This document shows, piece by piece, positions 25,366-35,300 of a stretch of DNA of 64,000 bases. Within the stretch, counting starts at the first letter, position 1. Each line of letters opens with the position of its first letter. The stretch lies in the IMG/VR virus record IMGVR_UViG_3300042197_003184, positions 1 through 64,000 of that record, one strand, 5' to 3'. Below the pieces are notes generated by a model that was not told the DNA's origin, ran no database searches, and was given only the letters and a program-made list of their open reading frames with translations. The translations under genes were made by a program, and so were the position numbers. The stretch comes from a virus.

Positions 25366-26313
25366 ATGTCAGCAGCCACCCATAACTTTTCTATAGAGCA
25401 AGGGTCCGACAACCAAATTATTTTTGAATATTTTGACGAAAATAATCTGCCTGTAGATTTGCGTAATTATCATTTAGTTTTAAATTGTCTTACCAATGCT
25501 GGTCTAACAATATCTTTTAATAACTTTACTAAAACCACATCATACTCTTTTGTTGGCACCAAGGACGGCAGGATGATATTAGATCTGCCAGCCAAAACCA
25601 CAAATCAATATGTTTTCAATAATGCGGTATATGATTTAGATGTTCAGGAGCCGAACGAACAATTTCCAGGTAGTGGATTTAAAAGATATAGATTTTCTCA
25701 AGGCACTATTAATATTATTAAGCGAAATACCACGATTCAAGAATTTGATATTATCGCCCCTATAGCTGATCATATAGATAGATGTCAAATAGACTGTTCT
25801 TCCTTAGATACTATGATATACGACGGTCCTAGGGTTTCTATTTTAGACAACAATAAAACTTCAAGTTCTATTCAGGTATCAGATTCTAGACCAATTAAGT
25901 CGGTGGACGTTGCAATAAACGGACTCTATCACTCTAGTCCGCAGGATCTAACAGTGTTTTTGGTTCCACCATCAGGCAATAAGGTTTTATTGATGGCTCA
26001 TAATAAAATTTCTAATTATAAACCAGGATTTAGTTTTATGTTCTCTGATAGAGCGCCCAACGATATTTATCTCAATAATGTTATGAATGGCGGACTTTGC
26101 CGTATCCTAAACAAAACAAACAGCGTTAGGTACGATGATGGGTCCGGTACTTCCAATAGCACAAATAATGAAACACTGGCTAGTTCCTTTAGTCATTTGT
26201 CCGGATATGTACCTGTTGATGGTAATTGGTCTCTGGATGTTTATGACAACGATACCGGATCGGCTGGGGTGATAGATTCCTGGAATCTGGTTATTACGTA
26301 CCAAGAAGAATAA
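25366..26313 (+). CDS. virion protein with C-terminal proprotein-convertase P-domain-like fold
   Basis: VDVAINGLYH..QDL..L.PPSG..V.L ... GNWSL.V.D...G..G.I.SW.L. Confidence 0.7.
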   Translation: MSAATHNFSIEQGSDNQIIFEYFDENNLPVDLRNYHLVLNCLTNAGLTISFNNFTKTTSYSFVGTKDGRMILDLPAKTTNQYVFNNAVYDLDVQEPNEQFPGSGFKRYRFSQGTINIIKRNTTIQEFDIIAPIADHIDRCQIDCSSLDTMIYDGPRVSILDNNKTSSSIQVSDSRPIKSVDVAINGLYHSSPQDLTVFLVPPSGNKVLLMAHNKISNYKPGFSFMFSDRAPNDIYLNNVMNGGLCRILNKTNSVRYDDGSGTSNSTNNETLASSFSHLSGYVPVDGNWSLDVYDNDTGSAGVIDSWNLVITYQEE

Positions 26314-26315
26314 TT

Positions 26316-26537
26316 ATGGATTTTATCATTACTAAAAATAATCTTAAATCAAAAAAATCAACCTTATATTCTACTATGGATTTTGGTATTACTTCGTTCT
26401 CTAGTTTGGCAGGGCTAGAAACCAGAACAGAAAAAGTAGCTATACAAAGATTTACATATAGACAGCCTTCCATCAGAGAAGGAGATAGTAATATTACCAT
26501 TAATATGGTTAGGCCAGTACGCAGGATCATATACTAA
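26316..26537 (+). CDS. hypothetical protein
   Basis: coupled ORF. Confidence 0.6.
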   Translation: MDFIITKNNLKSKKSTLYSTMDFGITSFSSLAGLETRTEKVAIQRFTYRQPSIREGDSNITINMVRPVRRIIY

Positions 26538-27064
26538 TGAACCCCTTCGCCAATATTATTAATACTGAATTTAAAAACACATTTAACAACGCTATAGACG
26601 CACTATTAGCAGATAATTCTTTAACCGTGCCATGTCTGATAAAGTATGGATTATCAGAACCTACTCTTTGTAATAATTGTATATATGATCCAATTTCTAA
26701 ACTATCTTCTAATAGATATAACGGAAACGGTCCAGCTCCATTTCCAGAGAATCAAATATGTCCGGTTTGCGTAGGTAAAGGCACCCTTGTTTCAGATAAT
26801 CAGGAAACACTATACTTGGCTGTTATATTTGATAGCAAGTATTGGTTAAATTGGGGGTCAGATACTCTTGGGGTACCAGACGGACAAGTCCAGACTCTGT
26901 GCTCAATAGACTACCTACCCAAAATTATTAACGCTCAGGAGATTATATTCGATACTAATATCTCTTCTAGGTTCGGAGAAAAACCATACCAAAGAAACGG
27001 AGAACCTAGATTTTATGGTTTAGGAAACAATAGATATATATCTACTATGTGGAAACTCAAATGA
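26537..27064 (+). CDS. putative head-closure/neck protein with CxxC pairs
   Basis: CNNC and CPVC; position. Confidence 0.55.
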   Translation: MNPFANIINTEFKNTFNNAIDALLADNSLTVPCLIKYGLSEPTLCNNCIYDPISKLSSNRYNGNGPAPFPENQICPVCVGKGTLVSDNQETLYLAVIFDSKYWLNWGSDTLGVPDGQVQTLCSIDYLPKIINAQEIIFDTNISSRFGEKPYQRNGEPRFYGLGNNRYISTMWKLK

Positions 27065-27705
27065 AATTTTCTATAACACTAACGGATAGTGCTGGTGATA
27101 TTAGATCAAAAATATTAGAATCTATCAGAGAACACTTAGACAAAGCATTTAGTGCTGCTATACCTAAAATATCTATCAGACTACAAAACGCCGTATCTTC
27201 TGCTCTTAAAGCAGAGCCGGAATATATGGCTTTAACGGCAGGACAACTGAGATATGAGTTTGGTATACCAGACCCTATTCAGGTTGATATGGTTATAGAT
27301 GGCATGGTGGATACCTTAGACATTAAAAAAATACCTTTACAGACCAATAATTTTGGCTTGTCCGGAGGCATAGAATTATCTATGATGCCCACCAGGGATA
27401 TGGGCGGAGTTACTGATACAGATGCTGCTTTCGTTATAGATGAAGCCAGAGGGCATAAATTACCATGGTTACAATGGCTGTTATACGAAGGTAATGCTCC
27501 TATTGTGAGGCAGTATAGGGTTCAGATAGGGCCAAGCAGAGCCTCCAGAACCGGTATGGCTATTATGAAAGAAGCTAATACTAATTGGAAAGTACCATCA
27601 GAATACTCCGGTACCGTATCCAATAACTGGACCACAAGAGCTATCGACAGAATAGAAAACGACATATCGGGAATTTTGCAAAACGAGATAGAAAAATATT
27701 TATGA
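27061..27705 (+). CDS. putative neck/tail completion protein
   Basis: ATG overlaps upstream stop; PWLQWLLYEG motif. Confidence 0.55.
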   Translation: MKFSITLTDSAGDIRSKILESIREHLDKAFSAAIPKISIRLQNAVSSALKAEPEYMALTAGQLRYEFGIPDPIQVDMVIDGMVDTLDIKKIPLQTNNFGLSGGIELSMMPTRDMGGVTDTDAAFVIDEARGHKLPWLQWLLYEGNAPIVRQYRVQIGPSRASRTGMAIMKEANTNWKVPSEYSGTVSNNWTTRAIDRIENDISGILQNEIEKYL

Positions 27706-28649
27706 CGCAAGACTATACAAAATTTAATCATATCACCAATATACATCAAAAATACGCTGTATCTCAGTTAGAAGATAATATTAAGTCTTTTTTAGATTGG
27801 GCATTTTTACAAATTGATGGATATGTTAACGTGCAGATGAACACAGGACTGCCTACTCTCTATACTATGAAACCTTCTGTTAATCCCAACCCAACATCTA
27901 CAACTTCGAGTTCTTCTATCTGGGAAACGCCAGTAAAGGATTGGGTTTGGGAATCCTGTGGTCAAGATACTCCCAGCGGACTACTACCAATATCAGGAGT
28001 ACAAGTTAGTGGTAATTTTTTACCAGCACCAACCGGAAGCGGTAACATGGGTTATTATATTAACTATCCTTTGGGTAGAATAGTTTTTGATAATCCTATC
28101 AACAATAACAGTCCTGTTTTAATCTCTTATGCTTATAGATATGTTCAAATATATAAAGCTAATGAGTCTAATTGGTGGAAACAGCTTAGTTCAGTATCTT
28201 ATCAGGCTAATTCTAATTCAAATTATGCTACTTTATTATCCGAGAATAAGGTTAATTTACCCTTTATTATGGTGGAAACAATCGCCAGAAATCAACAAAT
28301 ACCGCACGAACTAGGAACCTCCGAAAACAGAATAGTGCAGGATTTACTATTACATATTTTTACAGATAATCCCGTACAAAGATCAACACTATCAGATATA
28401 ATATTGGCCCAAAAAGACAAAGGTCTTATAATATATGACATCAATAAACTGGTCAAAAACGATAAAAATCCTCTTAATTATCGTGGAGAAAAGAACCCCA
28501 ACGGCCTTAATTATTGCCAAATAGTATCTGATTCGGCTTATCAATACAAATACAGCTTTATTAAAAACGCGAATACAGTAGAAACTAATAACTTTAGTGC
28601 CTCTTTATTTAACAGTATTATCAGATGGAGTATAGAAATTTTCCCGTGA
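27702..28649 (+). CDS. putative tail terminator
   Basis: LPFIMVE...QDLLLHIFTD; lies before tail tube. Confidence 0.55.
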   Translation: MTQDYTKFNHITNIHQKYAVSQLEDNIKSFLDWAFLQIDGYVNVQMNTGLPTLYTMKPSVNPNPTSTTSSSSIWETPVKDWVWESCGQDTPSGLLPISGVQVSGNFLPAPTGSGNMGYYINYPLGRIVFDNPINNNSPVLISYAYRYVQIYKANESNWWKQLSSVSYQANSNSNYATLLSENKVNLPFIMVETIARNQQIPHELGTSENRIVQDLLLHIFTDNPVQRSTLSDIILAQKDKGLIIYDINKLVKNDKNPLNYRGEKNPNGLNYCQIVSDSAYQYKYSFIKNANTVETNNFSASLFNSIIRWSIEIFP

Positions 28650-28756
28650 ATACTTTTTTTTGGTGTAATCTACTGATGTGTTCAATACTAGAAAAAACAA
28701 GTCAATATTCGATTAGTCCATAACTTCCTAACTTCATAATTCTGGAGATCCTAACT

Positions 28757-29797
28757 ATGGCCAACAAGAGAGTTTATTACGCCACACAAATCGTACAACT
28801 TCAGCCAGTAAAAGCTGAGACAACTAGTGATTCATTTACGCCAGATACTGGAGGTTACGTTACTCCTCAAGGTTTACAAAGTGTTGGTATGACAACCAAT
28901 TTTAATCTTGAAACATTGTTTCAGTTGGGCCAGCAGGATCTATATGATCTAGTAGAAGGTATTCCAGAGATAGAAGTTACTCTACAAAAGACTCTTGATG
29001 GTAGTCGTCCATTATATCTATTATGCATGGGTGGCACTACATCCGGTGGTAGTAACGAGAATATCGGCACATTAGCAAATAACAGAGTTAACTTTAAGCT
29101 AGGTGTTTACAAAGACACCCAAACTGCCGCAGAAGGAAATTCTGAAACCGCTGTGTTATGCACGGGTATGTATTTGTCTAGTATCGCTTATAACCTACCC
29201 TTAGACGGTTTTGCTACAGAAGACGTTACCCTTGTTGGTAATCATAAAGTCTGGAGCGGAGAAAGCACATCCACCAGTTGGACCGAAGCTAGCCCCAAAA
29301 CAGCAAAACACGCTGTTCGTAGAATTAACGTTGATATCTCGGGTAGTGATGCTATTCCGACCACAATCCCAGGAGGTAAGAGCGCCCACTTTCAGAGCAT
29401 TAGCGTAAATGCTAATCTTGGAAGAGAAGCCATCAACGAGTTAGGTAGAATGGCCCCATATGCTCGTTACGTTAAGTTCCCATTAGAAGTAACATCAGAG
29501 TTCGTAGTTACTGCTACAGCAGTTGACAAGATCAAAGCTGACGACTTTTTAAGTAATACAGCCTCTTGCCAACTTAGCAAAAATCTAACCGATGAGCCAA
29601 TCAACGTTAGAATTTGTGGAACCGGAGCTAACGACTGGATGAAAATTGATCTTGGAGGCAAGAACAAACTTACCAGCGTTAATTATACTGGTGGAGGTAC
29701 TGGTGGTGACAATGCTACTATTACCTATAGTTATCAAACATATAACTATCTGAAGGTACAGGTTAACGGAAGTTTTGCTAACGTTAATCCTACCTGA
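28757..29797 (+). CDS. major tail (tube) protein
   Basis: GLQSVGM..FQLGQ..EVTLQK; strong GGAG SD; position. Confidence 0.7.
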   Translation: MANKRVYYATQIVQLQPVKAETTSDSFTPDTGGYVTPQGLQSVGMTTNFNLETLFQLGQQDLYDLVEGIPEIEVTLQKTLDGSRPLYLLCMGGTTSGGSNENIGTLANNRVNFKLGVYKDTQTAAEGNSETAVLCTGMYLSSIAYNLPLDGFATEDVTLVGNHKVWSGESTSTSWTEASPKTAKHAVRRINVDISGSDAIPTTIPGGKSAHFQSISVNANLGREAINELGRMAPYARYVKFPLEVTSEFVVTATAVDKIKADDFLSNTASCQLSKNLTDEPINVRICGTGANDWMKIDLGGKNKLTSVNYTGGGTGGDNATITYSYQTYNYLKVQVNGSFANVNPT

Positions 29798-29832
29798 TAT
29801 AGTTAATTAGTAATAAGACTAGGTTCGAGGAC

Positions 29833-29991
29833 ATGAACGACAACAATATTGATGAATTACTGAATATAATAGGAAGACTGTATGTAGATGTCTATAACTG
29901 TCGCAAGGTTATAGACATTCTACAGCAGCAATTACAGTTTAAGGACAAGGAAATTCTAGAGCTAAAGAAGCCTAGAGAAACAGATGAATGA
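29833..29991 (+). CDS. 52-aa coiled-coil protein (absent from ORF track)
   Basis: GAGGA SD; MNDNNIDELLNIIGRLYVD... Confidence 0.6.
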   Translation: MNDNNIDELLNIIGRLYVDVYNCRKVIDILQQQLQFKDKEILELKKPRETDE

Positions 29992-31015
29992 TGCGGATAT
30001 TGATTTCTATCTTAGTAGAATTCTTTCTGGATATTTATTATTCTTTCATAAGAACGAGAGATATGAGCTTAGGTATCCGTCTCTTCCTTTAAAATATGAG
30101 GCTAATTTAATATACAATAATATTATTAATGACGAAAAATATAATGATTGGATACGAGAAGAAAATGCCATTAAGGCAATGATTTTTTTAGGATTATGGA
30201 CAGACGAAACAGAGATTATGATACAAAAATTAGACAAAACTATAGATAATCTAAAAGTTGAGCTATATAATAATTTTCTTAACAAGTCTAAACATCCAAA
30301 GATCAGAGAGTCCATACGATCATACGAATCTCAAAAGGATAGACTGCTAGGGGTTAAGCAAGACTTTGTTGCTCACACATTAGAGGGCTACGCCGCTTCT
30401 GTTAAAAATGAGTACATTATCTCTCAAACATTATATAAGGATTCCAAACTAGTTTTTAAAGACATTTCTGGTTCTGATGCTAATTCTTATCAGTATTTTA
30501 ATTCTTTAGTACAAGAGATTAATAGTAATATCATATCCGTTCCAATTTTTAAATCAATATCTAGAAGCGGATTATGGAGATCTTATTGGAATGCCAATAA
30601 AAACAATATTCTCAAAGATTCTGTTATTAATTGGACAGATGAACAAAGAAGCCTAATTAATATTACTAAAATGTATGATAGTGTATATGAACATCCTGAA
30701 TGTCCAGATGATAAAGTTATAGAAGATGACGATATGCTAGATGGTTGGATGATAGTACAAAAACGTAAGATTAATAAGCAAAAAAAAGAAGCCACATTAG
30801 AAAAAGCAGATCCCAGATTAAGAAATGCTCAAGAAGTTTTTATTATTGCTGATGGTACAGAAGAAGCAGAGGAAATTCTTGAGATGAATAGTCTCGAAGC
30901 TAAGATGAGGCTAAAAGAAAAATTTGCATTTATTGACCAACAACAAGGGCCTATTGATGAATTACAGTTACCAGATGTTAGACGAGATGCTTTAGCATCG
31001 TTACATAAAAAATAG
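29984..31015 (+). CDS. hypothetical protein, tail assembly region
   Basis: long ORF between tube and tape measure genes. Confidence 0.7.
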   Translation: MNDADIDFYLSRILSGYLLFFHKNERYELRYPSLPLKYEANLIYNNIINDEKYNDWIREENAIKAMIFLGLWTDETEIMIQKLDKTIDNLKVELYNNFLNKSKHPKIRESIRSYESQKDRLLGVKQDFVAHTLEGYAASVKNEYIISQTLYKDSKLVFKDISGSDANSYQYFNSLVQEINSNIISVPIFKSISRSGLWRSYWNANKNNILKDSVINWTDEQRSLINITKMYDSVYEHPECPDDKVIEDDDMLDGWMIVQKRKINKQKKEATLEKADPRLRNAQEVFIIADGTEEAEEILEMNSLEAKMRLKEKFAFIDQQQGPIDELQLPDVRRDALASLHKK

Positions 31016-31023
31016 GATATTAT

Positions 31024-31329
31024 ATGAATCATAATGAAATTTTAGATAATATTGAAACCAGATTTAAAACCACCATGATAGGATCATTAGCTAAATTTGA
31101 AGAATATTTTGGACACTTATGGGAAGATAATAATAAAAACAGATTAGAATACGAGAAGTTGTGGGAACAGGCTCGCAATGCTATATTAAATAATGGTAAC
31201 CATCAAATGAGATTAGCTTTGGACGAGCTATTTGATTATTTGGAATACAAACAGTCCGGACGTAATAATAAAACATTTAAGGAAAAGTATCGATACAAAT
31301 TTTATTTCAATAACGGAGATCATCAATGA
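31024..31329 (+). CDS. hypothetical protein
   Basis: AGGA SD; coupled ORF. Confidence 0.7.
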   Translation: MNHNEILDNIETRFKTTMIGSLAKFEEYFGHLWEDNNKNRLEYEKLWEQARNAILNNGNHQMRLALDELFDYLEYKQSGRNNKTFKEKYRYKFYFNNGDHQ

Positions 31330-32204
31330 AAACTAAGACTTTTAAAGCCACAGTGGACGGAGTAGAGAAAGAATTTTTAGTCAGGACACCATCATTACAG
31401 GATCAGAGAGAAGGACAAAAGGTTTACAACCAAGCCTTCACAGATGCCGTAAAGTCTAAGAGTGTAGTTAGAGCTAAGCTTGATGATCTACTAAAGGACC
31501 AGGGTTTGTGGGACAATGACAAACAGGCCAAGTTTACTGCCCTACAGAGAGAATTACTCGAAGGAGAAAAAAGATTAGCCAAGGGCGGTTTTGGTCTGAA
31601 CGAGGCTAAGGATCTGGCTGTTAATATGAGACGAGTAAGGGCCGAAATTAGAGATCTGATTAGTGTTAGAACTTCTTTAGATAACCATAGCGCCGAAGGT
31701 CAAGCAGATAATGCTAGATTTAATTATCTTGTATCCGTATGTTTGGTGTATAATGATACGAAACAGCCTTATTTTGCTAACATGGAAGATTATCTAAACC
31801 GTGCTGGCGAAGAGGTTGGTTTATTGGGTGCTCAACATTTGGCCAATATGCTTTATGGTCTAGACAACGACTACGAAAGCACTTTGCCAGAGAACAAATT
31901 TTTGAAAAAGTATAAGTTTGTTGACGACAAGCTTCGTTTGGTGGATAAAAAAGGAAGGCTCATTGACAGTGAAGGAAGACTGGTTGATGAAAGCGGCAGA
32001 TATATAGATGATCAGGGTAATTTTATTGATAAGTTTGGTAATAGAGTAGACGAATCGGGAGACTATGTTGTTGATCCACAACCATTTCTTGATGACGACG
32101 GAAAACCAGTTGTTGTTGAGGACGAAACCGAAAATGCTGTCGCGGAAACACCAGATGAACCAACCAAAACAAACACCTCAACCGGAGCCAAGAAATCCAG
32201 TTAA
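31326..32204 (+). CDS. putative tail assembly chaperone
   Basis: immediately before tape measure; repeated D.EG.L.D hairpin motifs. Confidence 0.55.
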   Translation: MKTKTFKATVDGVEKEFLVRTPSLQDQREGQKVYNQAFTDAVKSKSVVRAKLDDLLKDQGLWDNDKQAKFTALQRELLEGEKRLAKGGFGLNEAKDLAVNMRRVRAEIRDLISVRTSLDNHSAEGQADNARFNYLVSVCLVYNDTKQPYFANMEDYLNRAGEEVGLLGAQHLANMLYGLDNDYESTLPENKFLKKYKFVDDKLRLVDKKGRLIDSEGRLVDESGRYIDDQGNFIDKFGNRVDESGDYVVDPQPFLDDDGKPVVVEDETENAVAETPDEPTKTNTSTGAKKSS

Positions 32205-32248
32205 TGGTCTTTTCCTATTAGGTTTAGTTTTTTCTAGATGTCTACCAG

Positions 32249-32276
32249 AAATCCTCGTTAGTCGCGAGGATTTTTT
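32249..32276 (+). terminator. intrinsic terminator
   Basis: AAATCCTCG-TTAGTCG-CGAGGATTT followed by TTT. Confidence 0.7.
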
Positions 32277-32300
32277 GGTTTTGATAAGGAGCATTAGCTA

Positions 32301-35300
32301 ATGGCTGGTTTTAATCTAACGGCTCAACTTAATCTACAAGGACCCTCGAATGTCAGAAAAATAGTTTCTGATATTCAGAGACAATTAGGTACTATCAAAG
32401 GCACAATAGATTTCACTCTCAATCCGGGTACCGCCAGAAATGTTACTCAATTAAATTCTGCACTCAAAACACTAAACACCACTTTTACTACAACCAACAG
32501 AACAGCAGTGTCTGCTGCTAATGCTATATCTCAATTTAATGCTGCCGTTAGCGGTATTAACACCAGATCCTTGACCACGAACATTGCCAGCTCTGCAACA
32601 GCCACACAAAAACTGACATCGCAACAAAGACAAGCATCCAAAGCTATTGATGAGTCAGCTTATAGTATGCAGGAGTTTGGTAAGCAGTCTCAATTGGCTA
32701 TCAAAAGATTTATTGCCTATAGCGCTGCTGCTGGTCCTATTTTAGCAGTAGCTAATGCTGCTCGTAAGGGTATTAGCGCATTTATAGAGTTTGACTCAGA
32801 AGTTGTTAAATTACAACAGGTGACTGGCGAATCAGCAGGAGGACTAAAGGAACTAACTAATACTATCACGTCATTATCTAGTGGGTTGGGCGTTTCATCT
32901 AGCGAATTGGTTAATGTTTCGTCCACATTAGCCCAGGCAGGCTTGAGTGCTAGAGATACAGAAAAAGCACTGAAAGCTTTGGCTCTTAGTTCTTTGGCTC
33001 CGTCATTCGATAATATGAATCAGACGGTAGAAGGTAGTATCGCTCTTATGAGACAGTTCGGTATTCAGGCCGGTTCTCTTGAGGGAGCATTGGGGTCGGT
33101 TAATGCCGTGGCTGCTAGATTTGCCGTAGAAGCTAGCGACATTATTGCCGCTATTCAGCGTACTGGTGGTGTGTTTGCCAGTGCCAGTAAGGGGGTTAGC
33201 GAAGGTACAGATGCTCTTAATGAATTTATTGCTGTGTTTACCAGCATTAGAGCGACTACTCGTGAAAGCGCAGAAACTATTGCTACAGGCTTGCGTACTA
33301 TTTTTACAAGAATACAAAGAGGCGGAACAATAGACGCTCTAAAGGAATATGGGGTTAACCTAACGGATTTAGACGGAAAGTTCGTTGGTGCCTACAAAGC
33401 GGTCGAGTTGCTGTCAAAAGGTTTGAATCAGCTTGACCCTAGAGATATTAGATTCTCCAAAATCGTAGAAGAGCTTGGTGGATTTAGACAGATCGGTAAG
33501 GTTATTCCTCTTATCCAGCAGTTTGCTACGGCACAGGAGGCACTCGCTGTTGCTCAACAAGGACAAGGCTCCTTAACAGAAGATGCTGCTGTAGCACAGC
33601 TTGCACTAGCAAATCAGATCTCCAAAGTTCGAGAAGAATTTTTAGCTTTATTTAGAGATATAGGAGCATCTGACACATTTCAAACATTAGCTAAGGGAGC
33701 GCTACAATTAACCAGCGCTATTATTGGCGTTGCTGATTCTGTGAAGGGGGTATTGCCAGTTTTGGCACTAATAGGTTCTATCAAGGGTACACAAGCCTTG
33801 TTGGAGTTCGGCTATGGTTTTACTGGGAGATCATCATCTGGAAGCAATAGAAAAAATACTCGTAATTTTGCTACTGGCGGTTATGTCCCCGGTGTTGGTG
33901 ATACAGATAGCATACCAGCCAATCTAACCCCGGGCGAGTATGTTATGAGTAAAAGGGCTGTTAGATCTATCGGTGTTGGAAATTTAAATAAAATGAACAA
34001 AGCTGGTGGTGGTAAAATATCAGATTATGGCGGAGCGCCTGCTGGTACAACCATCAACAACAGAGAAAATAAACCTGTTGGTATATCTAATGATACCTTT
34101 AGTTATTCAGGATTTTTTAATCCCCAAGGGATTTCTGTCACGATATCTTACGACAAAAAAAATAAAAGATATACAGCTCAAGCCCCAGCCGGATCCAAGG
34201 TTTCTTTAACCAAAAACGATATCAAAACCCTATTCAAAAACAATAAAGCTTCAGCGACAAGATTCGAAGAAATTAGTAGGGGTACTCTGGGAGGAACATT
34301 AGCCAATACCACAGACCCTAATTATCCTATCGATATTATTGATGGACAAAAACTATACGACACAAAGCTTTCTGTACCAGGAAACTATAAAGAAAAAGAA
34401 GCGGTACTAAAGGTTTTAAACTATAAACTAGATAAAGCCAATATAGGATATCAATATAACCAAGGCTCACAAGCGATCAAATTGTCTAGACCATCACCTA
34501 GACTACTAGGAGCTAATCTGACGCCAGCTTCTGATCCATTAAAAGCCCGAGAGTCTTTTTCTTTCGTATATCCAAAATTTGAAAATATACAAACCAAAGA
34601 TATCCAGGATCTACAGACCGATTTACAAAACAGATACGAGACATTCTCTGGTCTTAGTAGTCAACAGAATAGTGGTAAAAATTTATCTGATGCTGCCAAT
34701 AGGCTCAAAAACTTATCACAATCAGCCATAGAAACCTATCAATCCGATGCCAGAGGCATGAGTGCTATTGATGAAATTTCAGGCGATAAAAATATAATAA
34801 ACCTACTAAGAAATTATTCTTCTAGATCTTCTGGTGGCATAATTCAGAAATTTGCTACAGCCGGGGTGGTTAAAGAGCCCCAAAACATACCGGATAAAGT
34901 CGCTGAACTAGCTGCCAAAAAACAGCTATCTATACAGGACGTTATATTGTCTGAGTTCCAAGCTATTACAGGAGCTAGACTAAAGAGAGATCTTGGTATT
35001 CCAAACGCCGTTAGTTTACCCAGGGTTCCAGATTTACGCGCCGGTGTTGGTGTTGATAAAATCAAAGAGTTGGTCAATCGATATCTGCATATGAAAGGTA
35101 TAGAGAGCGCAGCAAAAGCAGAACAGATTGCTAAGATGAGAAAAGTAGCAATCGCAGGATTATTTCCGTTAGATTACTCTAAGGATTTTGATGACTGGAC
35201 TCTAGAAGATGGTAGACAAATCTATGGTATGGTTAGAGGATTTGGGAGTGAGTTCTTAGATGATATTCAACTAATGCAGCAGCGCACCATGGCCGCTCGC

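Noticed and set aside
32065-32301. Programmed frameshift extension of the tail chaperone
   Set aside because: The ORF is in the +1 rather than -1 frame, has no canonical slippery heptamer, and spans a terminator.
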